Sequence record: OY757094.1 | Length of the DNA stretch: 52,715 nucleotides | Reading direction: 5' to 3' (one strand) | Source of the DNA: Klebsiella phage vB_Ko_K29PH164C1 | Part shown: positions 22,001-29,777 of the stretch, piece by piece | Layout of the letters: each line of letters opens with the position of its first letter | Numbering within the stretch: the first letter of the stretch is position 1 | Program-made: the position numbers and the translations under genes | The notes under the pieces: model-generated | Databases searched by the model: none | Seen by the model: the letters and a program-made list of their open reading frames with translations, nothing else | Told to the model about the DNA's origin: nothing

Positions 22001-22712
22001 GGCGAGATCGCAGCAGTACACAGGGTTAAACGCCACTGTTACCAAGAACAATACGGACATTAACAAAAAGGTTGACGATAAGGATGCGGCTATCAACAAA
22101 AAGGTTAATGACAATAACACCGCCATTAACAACAAAGTTGACGCTAACTATACTCAACTAAACACCGCGATCGCCAATGAAAGGGAGGCTAGGACTCAAG
22201 CAGTTACAAGGCTTGAATCTTCAATCGGTAGCAACTCGGCGGCGATAGAGCAAAAACTTGATTCGTGGGTTGATGCAAACTCTACGGGGGCAATGTACGG
22301 AGTTAAGCTTGGCATGAAGTATAAGGGTAATTACTACCAAGCAGGGATGAACATGCAGCTAGTCGGGAGCGGGAATCAGATGAAATCGCAGATCTTATTC
22401 CAGGCCGATCGGTTCGTGATTTTCCCGTACCCGGACAGGGAGGATATAAAAACAATTCCTTTCCTAGTTGATGGCGATCAGGTCTACATGCAGAGCGCAC
22501 TTATCAAGGATGGCTCCATAACCAATGCCAAGATCGGAAACGAGATAAAATCGAACAACTTTGTTTGGGATCAGCAGGGATGGGGATTAAGCAAAGAGGG
22601 TTGGTTCCAGATGAACGGACAAGCGGGAGGTGGTAGGGCGTTGATTAATCAGAACGGAGTTCAGGTGTTCGACGGCAACAATAGATTGAGGGTTAGATTA
22701 GGACTGTGGTAA
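16083..22712 (+). CDS. Tail-tip host specificity protein J-like with giant coiled-coil repeat insertion
   Basis: MSKVITAMGKGGSSTPRQPKEMPDNLISKDRIKLLLAVADGEVEN N-terminus, FnIII-like segments, long AIATExEAR...QYNELKA heptad region, DUF1983-like C-terminus. Confidence 0.92.
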   Translation: MSKVITAMGKGGSSTPRQPKEMPDNLISKDRIKLLLAVADGEVENDFNLKQLMFGGVPVQNESGEFNYPDVIAEFRPGTQTQDFIQGFTESSSEVTVARDVKANQPYSLTVTNKNLSAIRFRLLWPRVLQQKDNGDMVGSKVEYAFDMAVDGAAFKEVLRDNIDGKNTTGGYDRSIRINLPQDFASQVILRVRRITPDADGVKTVDAFKVQSYAEVIDARFRYPLTALLYVEFDSDLFENNIPTISIKKKWKIIQVPSNYDPIGRTYNGTWNGTFKWAWSNNPAWVLYDLITNQRYGLDQKELGIPVDKWSLYEVAQYCDQKVPDNKGGEEPRYLCDMVVQDQVEAYRLIRDVCSIFRGMSFYNGESISIVVDKPRNPVYLFTNDNVIDGYFGYTFASEKSMYTTVNVMFDDEENAYTQDVEPVYDAVASRRFGHNPTDITAIGCVRRTEANRRGRWIIKTNLRSETVNFATGLQGMIPTCGDVIQVLDAHYQSNFGLILSGRVSEVSGLQVFLPMKTDAKAGDFIIMNKPDGAPVKRTIASVSSDGITLTLNVGFGFDVAPDAVFAIERTDLAMKLYVVMSISKGSDEEEFQYNISAVEYNPGKYDEIDYGVITDERPTSIVEPDSMPAPQDVTISSFSRVVQGLSLETMVVGWSKVRYASVYEMQWRKDGGNWLNTPRTATTETQVEGIYSGVYEVRVRAINAGGVASPWSDIVAKSLTGKVGKPKAPTGITASDNEVLGIRVKWSMPEGSGDTAYIELHQSPDNNDANSSLLTMVPYPAFEYWHSTLRSGQVVWYKVRAVDRIGNVSDWTKLARGMATDDVDQIMDTIKIDIQGTEGYKELQKNIFETNERIDEAEQTIAKVDADAKQGITEAKKDAADAKKRAEEVNTAAQKGINEAKAAAKAADDHATQVGKDATAGLAEANAKTEQVRKDAEQGIAEAKNDAKAAKDESLRVEAKADKGISEAKDDAKKASDAAAAAGDKAGQAIEEAQGALSESIKNAGNIDALGNAVIENAQSQSEMYIHFEKENGDRKAEYDQAVTMVVNESEARVEQVERLRVEMGDSITASNTELKQAIATETEARATQMNQLTATMNEKFTATDKQWREAVASEEQARVSAIGEMKAQVDKDIAATSKTLTEAIATETEARIQAINELEAKIGDGVEADLTEVKKAIATETEARVEGDRRLEAKFDKGLSDSNAKITANEKAIAEEGKARVEQYNQLKATVDSNKKATDASITQLDKAIATETEARVSQYGELKASIEKNDKDINAKVDANVKTLTEAIATEEAARVKQYNELNAKVDSNKKATDAAISELTEVVATDREASASKITELTASVSAVAEGVVENALANDKTSKESAAGIKEVREVIANETEARAEMITQLQTSFDAEIGKVNANVTNLSQAISDEQGARVQQYNELKASIEGQDFKTESYYYSLSQAISTEEESRVKQYEELNAKLESGQGGTDAAIKNLQEAIATEEKARAQAVSDLDANMKSEFGKTNANVKNVSDALAEEKQVRAQQYTELNGKISTTDKELAAQVKRLDTAIVTEKEARTEQYNQLKATVDANKKTADANYQENKTAVSNETQARVKAVSDLDASMKSEFGKTNANVKTVSDALAEETKVRAQQYTELNGKITAAGTESAAQIKRLDEAIAEEKQARTTQYNALNATIEKNNKDINTKVDASVKQLTEAIATEEAARVKQYNELKATVDSNKKAVDSAITEMNEVIATEKEATASKITDLTASMGATGEAALENALASDQESKRREAQYRNVVEVIANETQSRVTQMEELTATFVASDATTNGRITNLQEVITNDKEANAKQFTEIDAKFERADFYANANYSKLNQAIASETEARIKQYEELKASIGDDIQGEINNLQQAIADETQARTQAIQNLDSKFNTENGKTNASVKTVSDALATEKSSTAQRFSDVNAKVDGLEKSTNASVKRLDEAIASETEARSQQYTGLNATVTKNNTDINKKVDDKDAAINKKVNDNNTAINNKVDANYTQLNTAIANEREARTQAVTRLESSIGSNSAAIEQKLDSWVDANSTGAMYGVKLGMKYKGNYYQAGMNMQLVGSGNQMKSQILFQADRFVIFPYPDREDIKTIPFLVDGDQVYMQSALIKDGSITNAKIGNEIKSNNFVWDQQGWGLSKEGWFQMNGQAGGGRALINQNGVQVFDGNNRLRVRLGLW
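18560..22250 (+). repeat. Internal degenerate repeat region of the J-like gene (coiled coil)
   Basis: Recurring protein units LTEAIATEEAARVKQYNELKATVDSNKKATDAAI and recurring DNA blocks such as gcaacggttgacagcaacaa (~19780, ~21243). Confidence 0.85.
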
Positions 22713-22716
22713 TAAA

Positions 22717-22743
22717 AAAGGCTCCCGTTTGGGAGCCTTTCTT
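22717..22743. terminator. Bidirectional terminator between convergent genes
   Basis: AAAAGGCTCCC-GTTT-GGGAGCCTTTCTTTT. Confidence 0.85.
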
Positions 22744-23061
22744 TTAGCTGGTGAAGAATCTGTTTGGCTGGCGCGCCAGCATGTTAGTTTCAATTCCTCC
22801 ACGCTTAAACTCAAACTTAACGCTGTGATTTTCTATATCACCATAACAAATGCGATGAACGTTCTTGTTGATGTGACGCTTAAAAATTACATTACTAACA
22901 CTGATGTATTCAACGCTTCTCTTACTACAATCAATTACGACCTCAGCGCTACCAGTTAGCGACATTCTCGAAGCGTCCACCGGATAGCCTATGTTTAAAT
23001 TAAAGGCCATAGCGCTTGCTGTGTAGGCCATTAAAGCCATAGAAAAAAGTAACTTTTTCAT
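22744..23061 (-). CDS. Small secreted/periplasmic protein of unknown function
   Basis: MKKLLFSMALMAYTASAMA|FNLN signal peptide with AxA-type cleavage site, two cysteines, RBS GGAG. Confidence 0.7.
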   Translation of the reverse strand: MKKLLFSMALMAYTASAMAFNLNIGYPVDASRMSLTGSAEVVIDCSKRSVEYISVSNVIFKRHINKNVHRICYGDIENHSVKFEFKRGGIETNMLARQPNRFFTS

Positions 23062-23072
23062 ATCTTAACTCC

Positions 23073-23729
23073 CTAGTTGTGTCCTAAGAACTTAGCATAA
23101 GGGATAACCATTTGCCGAGATTCACTAAAAATGCTATTGAAACCCCTTTGCTTTAATTTAGACCATGTAACTTGAACCTCCGAGCCAGTCCAGCGAATCA
23201 ACGCCCCGCTATGCCCTGAAACTATACCATCCGTACTGCATGAACCTATGCAAGCCTCCCATAGTATAAATGGGTTATATCCTGGGTTTACCGAAACTAT
23301 GTTATTTTCCAGATCATAACCAGAGTCTATTGCTATGGTTCCAGTAACGCGAGGCATTCTTGACGCGCTCTTTGCGCTCCAAATCAGTGTCCCAGAACCA
23401 TCATAAACATCAAGGTATCCGCTTTCCGGCCTTATATTTCTGTTAGTCCTAATTATCCGTGCGCTATTTGGCTTAAACAAACTTTCTCCAGGAAAGGCCC
23501 AGGCGCCGGGTTGCGTGAACTGTATCCAGTGAAGAAAACCATCCCTACGATCTAGATCTGTCCTTGCCGGATACCCAAGATCCACAACGTTACCGAATTT
23601 TGTGCTAAAGTTCCAATCCCCCGTGTATCCCACGTCCATGTTATACATGTGATCGAATATCGTGTGTGATTGCTCGGAGCTAATTATTAGCCCGCCCCAC
23701 TGATTGTAAGCCTCAAATCCAGCCCCCAT
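23073..23729 (-). CDS. Putative tail-associated beta-rich protein
   Basis: MGAGFEAYNQWGGLIISSEQS N-terminus resembles short tail/decoration proteins near coliphage fibre genes. Confidence 0.5.
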   Translation of the reverse strand: MGAGFEAYNQWGGLIISSEQSHTIFDHMYNMDVGYTGDWNFSTKFGNVVDLGYPARTDLDRRDGFLHWIQFTQPGAWAFPGESLFKPNSARIIRTNRNIRPESGYLDVYDGSGTLIWSAKSASRMPRVTGTIAIDSGYDLENNIVSVNPGYNPFILWEACIGSCSTDGIVSGHSGALIRWTGSEVQVTWSKLKQRGFNSIFSESRQMVIPYAKFLGHN

Positions 23730-23751
23730 AACCTACCCCCATAACTCATTG

Positions 23752-24060
23752 TTAGAAAAAAGAATATACCTCAACATCTATGTTTATCTCGCCGGAACGA
23801 TCGCCGGGAAGATACATAACCTTAAATCCGTTATCCGTTGTTATTGCCGCATACTCAGTATTGATGGAGTTTTGCAAGCTTCCCTCAGTCCACATGATAG
23901 CCGCAAATGAATTTGTGCCGTTTATTCCTGGGATGTAAGTAAACACGTTATTACCGCCGTTTGGTATATGGACTCTATAGCGACCAACAAATCTCGTGCT
24001 GAAGTCTCCTATGTCAACGACGATGTTTCCGTTTTCATCCCATGCCTGCATACCTTGCAT
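23752..24060 (-). CDS. Putative tail-associated protein (DUF6453-like)
   Basis: MQGMQAWDENGNIVVDIGDFSTRFVGRYRVHIPNGGNNVFTYIPG; RBS AAGGGGG fits an internal ATG at 24060 rather than 24096. Confidence 0.5.
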   Translation of the reverse strand: MQGMQAWDENGNIVVDIGDFSTRFVGRYRVHIPNGGNNVFTYIPGINGTNSFAAIMWTEGSLQNSINTEYAAITTDNGFKVMYLPGDRSGEINIDVEVYSFF

Positions 24061-24153
24061 GATGATCCCCCTTGATTGGTTAAATTGCATTGCCATTATA
24101 CCATTATGGCGCTATGATACCAGGTGAATATTAACCAGATAGGAGTTTGCATA

Positions 24154-26052
24154 ATGGCAACTTACAAAGTAGGTAAAGTGAAAATCAATGGCAATGGCCT
24201 AATGACTGGCACGGGAACTAACTGGACGGCGGCAAACGCTCTTGTTCGCGTTGGGGCGACGGTTGTTCTTGCAACTAACCCGGTCAGGATCTACACGGTC
24301 GGCTCTATCATCTCGGCAACTTCAATCCAGCTTTCCGATTGGGGATCTGACGCTGCGATCACAACCGATACAAACTATTCTATTCTGCTTCACGATGGGT
24401 TGACGGTTCAGGGGCTGGCGCAAGATACCGCCGAAACGCTTCGTTACTACCGTAACTTTGAGAACACGTTAGGCGACGCCGCAAAGGCTACGATCGGCGA
24501 GGCTCCAGGTAACGTGATGAAGGTCGGAGCGTTTGGTTTGGGTGCAAATAAACCTGGCGGGACAATTGCGAGCACTACATACCCATCGGCTAACGCGCTT
24601 TTTAAAGCCTTGATGGATGCTGGTTGCGGATGGTGGAGGAGTCCGGGTTCAAGTGAGAACGGGATATTCGGGCATGGGTCAAGCTATTTTTCATACGTTA
24701 GCGACACATGTTCAGCGATAAACGTAGCCTATGAAACAGGTCGGGTTATTGTTCTTGCATCAAACAGAGCGAAAATTAACAACGGCTACCAGCCAGCAAG
24801 AAACGTTCTTTATGGCTCAGCTAACCCGCCTGATCTTAACAATGAAACTCGCGGCGTGCTTAACATGGCAAACGGGGGAACCGGATCGACTAATGCCAGC
24901 GACGCAAGGCTTGCGTTTGGCCTTAGAATGATAGATGTACCAGCCAACACATCGGGCGCTGTGCGATGCATCAAGATCGCCTCTATAAGAACTCCTGGTG
25001 CTGCTGGCTCATTTGCATCCATGTCAATTTACGGCGGATCTGGAATCGGAAGCGGCCCGCGAGTTAATATTGACACGGTTATAATTTCAGGTCGAAACTC
25101 AGGCAACGAGAACAACCCGCAAGGTGATGTTTCTATCCTTCACCGCTGCTTAAGGGCTGGAAATGATACACTAAAATTTGGCTTAGTGAAAACCGGAGAG
25201 GGTCAATATGACGTTTACATGAAAGTGATGGGTTATGTTCAGGGTTTGAGGATTGTTGTTGATACTATACTATCTCAAAGCTTCATTGATGGCCCGGTTT
25301 ACACTGGTTCTTTTGGTTCAATCGGTTACGTGAACGAATCTGAGATACCAACCCCGGCGGGAAACATTGGATGGGCTAGCACTTACGATATTGTTAACCA
25401 GTATAATAAGGATATCGCCCAAGAGTTTAGCGAGGTTACGATAAACAGAGCAAGCACGAATGATCAAGAGGCCAGGTTGCTTTTTAACTTTGGCAAAACA
25501 GAATCAAGGGGCGCGGAGCTTAGATCGACGTATACAAACGGTAATATTGTTCTTGCGACTGGTCACAACGGAGCATCATCTCCAGTTTTTGGGGAAATAT
25601 ACCTAAGAACGGCGGGCAGTACAAGCTCAACTGGGCAATTCAAATTTGACAAGGAAGGAAGCGCAACGGCGACAGGTGGTCAGTGGAAAAACTCCTCAGA
25701 TATTAGGCTGAAGCGAGATTTCAAGCCGATCTCTTCTCCGCTTGAATCTGTTATGTCATTCCGTGGGGCCACTTACGAAATGAAAGCTAGCGGGGTTAGG
25801 GCGATTGGTGTTATAGCTCAGGATATCGAGAAACTTTGCCCCGACGCAATCGGCAGAATGGAAATTGAACTTGATGGGGAGGTGATACCGGATGCAATGA
25901 GCGTTGATACGGCTGGCTTTGCTGCGGCTTACAGCGTGCAGGCATTGAAGGAAGTTGTTAAGCTGATGGATTTGATGCTTGAAGATCCTGAAGCGGCTAG
26001 CGTGCGAATTAAGGCGCTGAAGGAAATGATTAATGATGAGTTGCCGGAGTAA
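24154..26052 (+). CDS. Tail fibre with C-terminal S74 intramolecular chaperone
   Basis: SSDIRLKRDFKPISSPLESVMSFRGATYEM...GVIAQDIEKLCPDAI...YSVQALKEVV; RBS AGGAG. Confidence 0.9.
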   Translation: MATYKVGKVKINGNGLMTGTGTNWTAANALVRVGATVVLATNPVRIYTVGSIISATSIQLSDWGSDAAITTDTNYSILLHDGLTVQGLAQDTAETLRYYRNFENTLGDAAKATIGEAPGNVMKVGAFGLGANKPGGTIASTTYPSANALFKALMDAGCGWWRSPGSSENGIFGHGSSYFSYVSDTCSAINVAYETGRVIVLASNRAKINNGYQPARNVLYGSANPPDLNNETRGVLNMANGGTGSTNASDARLAFGLRMIDVPANTSGAVRCIKIASIRTPGAAGSFASMSIYGGSGIGSGPRVNIDTVIISGRNSGNENNPQGDVSILHRCLRAGNDTLKFGLVKTGEGQYDVYMKVMGYVQGLRIVVDTILSQSFIDGPVYTGSFGSIGYVNESEIPTPAGNIGWASTYDIVNQYNKDIAQEFSEVTINRASTNDQEARLLFNFGKTESRGAELRSTYTNGNIVLATGHNGASSPVFGEIYLRTAGSTSSTGQFKFDKEGSATATGGQWKNSSDIRLKRDFKPISSPLESVMSFRGATYEMKASGVRAIGVIAQDIEKLCPDAIGRMEIELDGEVIPDAMSVDTAGFAAAYSVQALKEVVKLMDLMLEDPEAASVRIKALKEMINDELPE

Positions 26053-26056
26053 AAGA

Positions 26057-26083
26057 AAAGGAGCCGAAAGGCTCCTTTTTTAT
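26057..26083. terminator. Bidirectional terminator
   Basis: AAAGGAGCC-GAAA-GGCTCCTTTTTT between convergent genes. Confidence 0.85.
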
Positions 26084-26093
26084 TTGGTGAATA

Positions 26094-26531
26094 TTAGAAT
26101 GGGATATCGTCGTCAAAGTCCATAGACTGATTACCTTGCGGCTTCTGGCGCTGTGGTTGCTGATTTCCTTGCGGTTGTTGAGGCTGACCCCATCCGCCGC
26201 CCTGCTGAGATTGACCGCTGCCCTGGCTCATTGACACAACCTCACGAGCAATGATAACTGGCATGGACTTTTGCACGCCGTCTTTTTCCCACTGCTCTAA
26301 AACGAATTCACCTGAAACAACAACCTGTGAACCTTTTTTAACCGTCTGCTCCAGAATCTTACAGAATCCTTCGCTTAACACCTTCACGGTTAACCATGAG
26401 GTCTTTTTGTAATCGCCGTAACCTTGAACAGCCGCGATACTGAAGGAGCCGATCGACTTTCCGCTATTGGTTTGGCGGATCTCGAAATCTTTCCCGGCGT
26501 TTCCTGATACGGTGATGTTGTTAATAGCCAT
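26094..26531 (-). CDS. ssb: Single-stranded DNA-binding protein
   Basis: OB-fold sequence and canonical acidic tail MDFDDDIPF. Confidence 0.93.
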   Translation of the reverse strand: MAINNITVSGNAGKDFEIRQTNSGKSIGSFSIAAVQGYGDYKKTSWLTVKVLSEGFCKILEQTVKKGSQVVVSGEFVLEQWEKDGVQKSMPVIIAREVVSMSQGSGQSQQGGGWGQPQQPQGNQQPQRQKPQGNQSMDFDDDIPF

Positions 26532-26548
26532 AATTTAGTTTCCTATAG

Positions 26549-26575
26549 GTAATAAAAAACGGGCCGAAGCCCGTT
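26549..26575 (-). terminator. Terminator between ERF and SSB genes
   Basis: Minus strand CGGGCTTCGGCCCGTTTTTT. Confidence 0.75.
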
Positions 26576-26593
26576 ATTGGATTGTTGCCGATA

Positions 26594-27271
26594 TTAGAAT
26601 TGGCTAATATCTTGCGCTTCAGGTTTGGATTTTACACCATCATCATGCTCGCTGTCCACTGATTGAGCAACGGCTTGTGGCTTATTTGGCTTGAATCCCT
26701 TGGCGCTACCGATTGTAATTTCCGCCTTGCGTTTTTCATAGTGATCCTGGATGATTTTCTTGCTCGCCGCATCACTGCTTACCCATGCGGATTTAAGCGT
26801 TGCCTGCAACTCCTCCGTTGTTTCGCACTTATCAAGATCCTTTTTCCAGTCCGCAGCAGACTTAACCGCGATTTGCGCGTCGTCATCCGCCTGGCTTAAT
26901 CCGAAGATGCCGCAAAGTGCATAACGGCGCGCATAGGTGAATGCAGAACCAACGCCTTGAGCGTCGCGTTTCGCGATCGGGATCGTGAAGTAGTAGCAAC
27001 GATACTCGCCGGATGAGTGAATCAATTCGGTTACGATGTGCATAACTTCGGCGGTGCTTCCTGGCAGCATGGATTGCTCAACGATAAGATCGTTATCGGT
27101 TAGCGCCGGGTTAATCGCATCAAGTACACTATCAAGCGTCGCATACTTGTTTTTTAAGTGCGTGTTAGTCCGATCCTTCTTGACCTTAACGAACTTACCG
27201 CGAGCGGAAATTAGAGCGGCTAAAACTTTAGACTGAGATTCTGAACGAGTGATATTGATTATGTTTTCCAT
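26594..27271 (-). CDS. ERF-family single-strand annealing protein
   Basis: [30 protein letters not shown]...[39 protein letters not shown]. Confidence 0.9.
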   Translation of the reverse strand: MENIINITRSESQSKVLAALISARGKFVKVKKDRTNTHLKNKYATLDSVLDAINPALTDNDLIVEQSMLPGSTAEVMHIVTELIHSSGEYRCYYFTIPIAKRDAQGVGSAFTYARRYALCGIFGLSQADDDAQIAVKSAADWKKDLDKCETTEELQATLKSAWVSSDAASKKIIQDHYEKRKAEITIGSAKGFKPNKPQAVAQSVDSEHDDGVKSKPEAQDISQF

Positions 27272-27325
27272 GATATTTCTCTCTGATTGGTGAAAGGCCA
27301 CTATATCACAAGCGGCCTGTTAATA

Positions 27326-28348
27326 TTAAATGTTTTTATAAACTTGCGGAAACTGGCGTTTAACCCATTCCGGCGTGTTTAGTGTAACTTCGCTTTCACC
27401 GTCAGCGTATGATGGCCATGAATCAAGCTCAACGCACATTCTGTATTGGTGGATTACGCTCATATACTGAATTCTACCCACGGCTAATTGCTGATCGTCA
27501 AGCCTGAATGCCATAGGCAAATAAGGCTCTTTCTTCTCTTGCGCCAGAAGTCGAACTATTACCGGGCGCGTTTCGCCGTACACCTTGATGAACAGATCGC
27601 GCTGCAAAGCCATTTTCAAATAATAGCCATGATTGAACGCCAGCCGATCGAACTCGTTAGGGTTGGCGCTTTGCGTTGTTTTGTAGTCAGTGATAACGAC
27701 AACTTCCGTTGGGATGCCGTCAATCTCTATCGTAACAACGTCAACATGATCGAGTCGAACCTTTACCTTAACGCCGTGAATCTCGCCGAATAATGATAGC
27801 TCACGCTGCGCGGTTGGGGAGTTCATGCAGGCGTTATGTTTCGCTTCATTCTCCAGGACTCCGCGCATTGCTACGCACGCATCATAATCCTTTGCTTCGA
27901 TTAGCTCCACGCCATCGGCTACAGCTTGCGATTGTTCGATTAATCCAATCAGGTAGAGGATGTTTAATTCCTCTCCGCAATCGGCGTACATCTTCAGCAA
28001 TTCGGGCCACTGCTTACCGCTAGTCCCGATGATGCCGAATGATTTAAGCTTTGCCGCAACCGCCGTTTGGCTGGTGAGAACGTTCTTGATCTCTTCTGGC
28101 GGAGTGGCGCGGCGATAAGTTGCCTTGAATAGCTCACTGCTTTCAAAGTTGGTGTGAGATTGAGTACCGAAGATTAAAGGCTTGCTATCGGTATTCTTGC
28201 TCTCGAACCTCCAGGCGGCTGGACAGGTGGCATAAATCTTAGCCAAGCTTGAGCCGGATACGTACTCCGCGCACCATGATTTAGGATCGTGATAAGCGTC
28301 GTTACTTAGCTCGGCGTTGGTTAACGCCTTGAAAACTGATTCTTTCAT
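27326..28348 (-). CDS. RecE/exonuclease VIII-like PD-(D/E)XK nuclease
   Basis: LSNDAYHDPKSWCAEYVSGSSLAKIYATCPAAWRF...VRLDHVDVVTIEIDGIPTEVVVITDYKTT; adjacent to the annealase. Confidence 0.85.
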   Translation of the reverse strand: MKESVFKALTNAELSNDAYHDPKSWCAEYVSGSSLAKIYATCPAAWRFESKNTDSKPLIFGTQSHTNFESSELFKATYRRATPPEEIKNVLTSQTAVAAKLKSFGIIGTSGKQWPELLKMYADCGEELNILYLIGLIEQSQAVADGVELIEAKDYDACVAMRGVLENEAKHNACMNSPTAQRELSLFGEIHGVKVKVRLDHVDVVTIEIDGIPTEVVVITDYKTTQSANPNEFDRLAFNHGYYLKMALQRDLFIKVYGETRPVIVRLLAQEKKEPYLPMAFRLDDQQLAVGRIQYMSVIHQYRMCVELDSWPSYADGESEVTLNTPEWVKRQFPQVYKNI

Positions 28349-28375
28349 CTCTTATTCCTCTTTGGTTGATGCGGG

Positions 28376-28418
28376 GATTCTACCAAAACCCGCGCCATTA
28401 TTTTAGCTTTTCGTGCTA
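28376..28418 (-). promoter_or_regulatory. Member of the TAGCA-N5-TGCTA / -10 promoter family
   Basis: Minus strand TAGCACGAAAAGCTA (28404-28418), 21 bp, TAGAAT; upstream of gene starting 28348. Confidence 0.55.
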
Positions 28419-28419
28419 T

Positions 28420-28770
28420 CGCTTACCAGATGGTAAGATTTTGCCCGAAATGGTAAGGCAATCTTACTCAACCTTTCTTATGCATATCATGCACTTAGTA
28501 TCATCTAGGTAAGATGGTAAGCCCCCTATAGATAAATAGGTATATTCCATCCAGTAACGGAATATACCCATATCCAGCTATAATCTTACCTAAATATAGA
28601 TAGATAGAGAGTAATAATAATAATTATCTATATATATTATATACTTACGTTTTCATGCTGATCAAAATTTGACCGAAATTCGAGTAATCCAATCTTACCT
28701 AAAGTGGTTAGACCAGTTCGCAAGTGCATGAAAACTATAGGTAATGTTGAGTAAGATTGAATCTTACCTA
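28420..28770. promoter_or_regulatory. AT-rich intergenic region with GGTAAG/CTTACC repeats (origin/regulatory candidate A)
   Basis: Multiple GGTAAG[AT] in direct and inverted orientation flanking a TATA-rich core with TAA/ATT microsatellite. Confidence 0.55.
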
Positions 28771-28772
28771 AA

Positions 28773-29705
28773 TTACTCAATCAGCGACGCCGGATCGTAA
28801 AGCTTGCGCTCCATTCCCATCTTGTAATTGTCGCCATTAGGAACAATGACCTTCAGGCCGCGATCGTCAGCCATGCAAAGCATTTCATAATCAGAGCGCT
28901 TGCAGGCAACACGCAATTCACGATCCCCTTTGTAGCGATAGGCCACGATCTCAAGGTTGGTAGGAAGTCCGCAAGCCCACACCTCGCAACCAGTAGCTGC
29001 ATAGATGTGCTGAGCGTCAATCCAGGAGCAGGTTAAGTAAACAGTCCCGCTTTCGCCCTGATTGGTTGGGATTACCGATCCAAAAGTTATATCCCCGGCT
29101 AAATATTTCTCGTTAGCCTCATCGTCAATAAACAGGAGATTGCAAAACTCATCTGCTAAACCGTCCTCATGCACAAGAACCATCGGCAATGCGTGAAATT
29201 GCTCCTCTACGCCATTCTCAGCGACCTTTACGCCAACATCGAATGACTCGCCATAAAACCCCTCATAACGGCTTAGGTTGGTTTCTGTGAGCTTTTTCGT
29301 GCGCTCCATTATGGCAGTAATCCTTTCGTGATCTGTCATCTTTCCGTATGCGTAACCGGAATCACGGCTTGCCCGCTTATTGACCTTTCGAACGTACTCT
29401 ACTGGCTGCTTGCCGAGGAATCGCCCCAGGATGTTAATGCATTCGCTGTATGGCTCCCCTGTCAGCTTCATGAGCCATCCGATCCCCTTGTCGGCACCGC
29501 ATCCGCCACAATACGCCCCGCCATCTCCCTTATTCTCAAGATTATCCGTCCACCTAAAGCGGTCTTTACCTCCGCAGTTCGGGCAATCCTGGTGCTTTCC
29601 GCTAAAGTAGCGAGTATGGACTCCGCAAATCGACTGAAGCGCATCACGCCACATTCCGACCATGTAAGGTAGAACGTCTTCTTCCTGGAAAAATTCATTT
29701 TGCAT
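28773..29705 (-). CDS. DNA primase-like protein with zinc-binding domain
   Basis: CPNCGGKDRFRWTDN...GGAYCGGCGADKGIGWLMKLTG (Zn-ribbon of T7 gp4/P4-type primases). Confidence 0.85.
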   Translation of the reverse strand: MQNEFFQEEDVLPYMVGMWRDALQSICGVHTRYFSGKHQDCPNCGGKDRFRWTDNLENKGDGGAYCGGCGADKGIGWLMKLTGEPYSECINILGRFLGKQPVEYVRKVNKRASRDSGYAYGKMTDHERITAIMERTKKLTETNLSRYEGFYGESFDVGVKVAENGVEEQFHALPMVLVHEDGLADEFCNLLFIDDEANEKYLAGDITFGSVIPTNQGESGTVYLTCSWIDAQHIYAATGCEVWACGLPTNLEIVAYRYKGDRELRVACKRSDYEMLCMADDRGLKVIVPNGDNYKMGMERKLYDPASLIE

Positions 29706-29721
29706 TCTAAGATCTCCTAAA

Positions 29722-29757
29722 CAAAAAAGCCCGCCGAATAATAACCCGGCAGGCTCT
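29722..29757 (-). terminator. Terminator between HTH gene and primase
   Basis: Minus strand GAGCCTGCCGGGTTATTATTCGGCGGGCTTTTTTG. Confidence 0.65.
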
Positions 29758-29777
29758 TAGATAATTAGCTTTTAGTG

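Noticed and set aside
28560-28650. CRISPR array or VNTR at the TAGA/TAA tracts
   Set aside because: Short microsatellites with no spacers; better explained as an AT-rich unwinding region.
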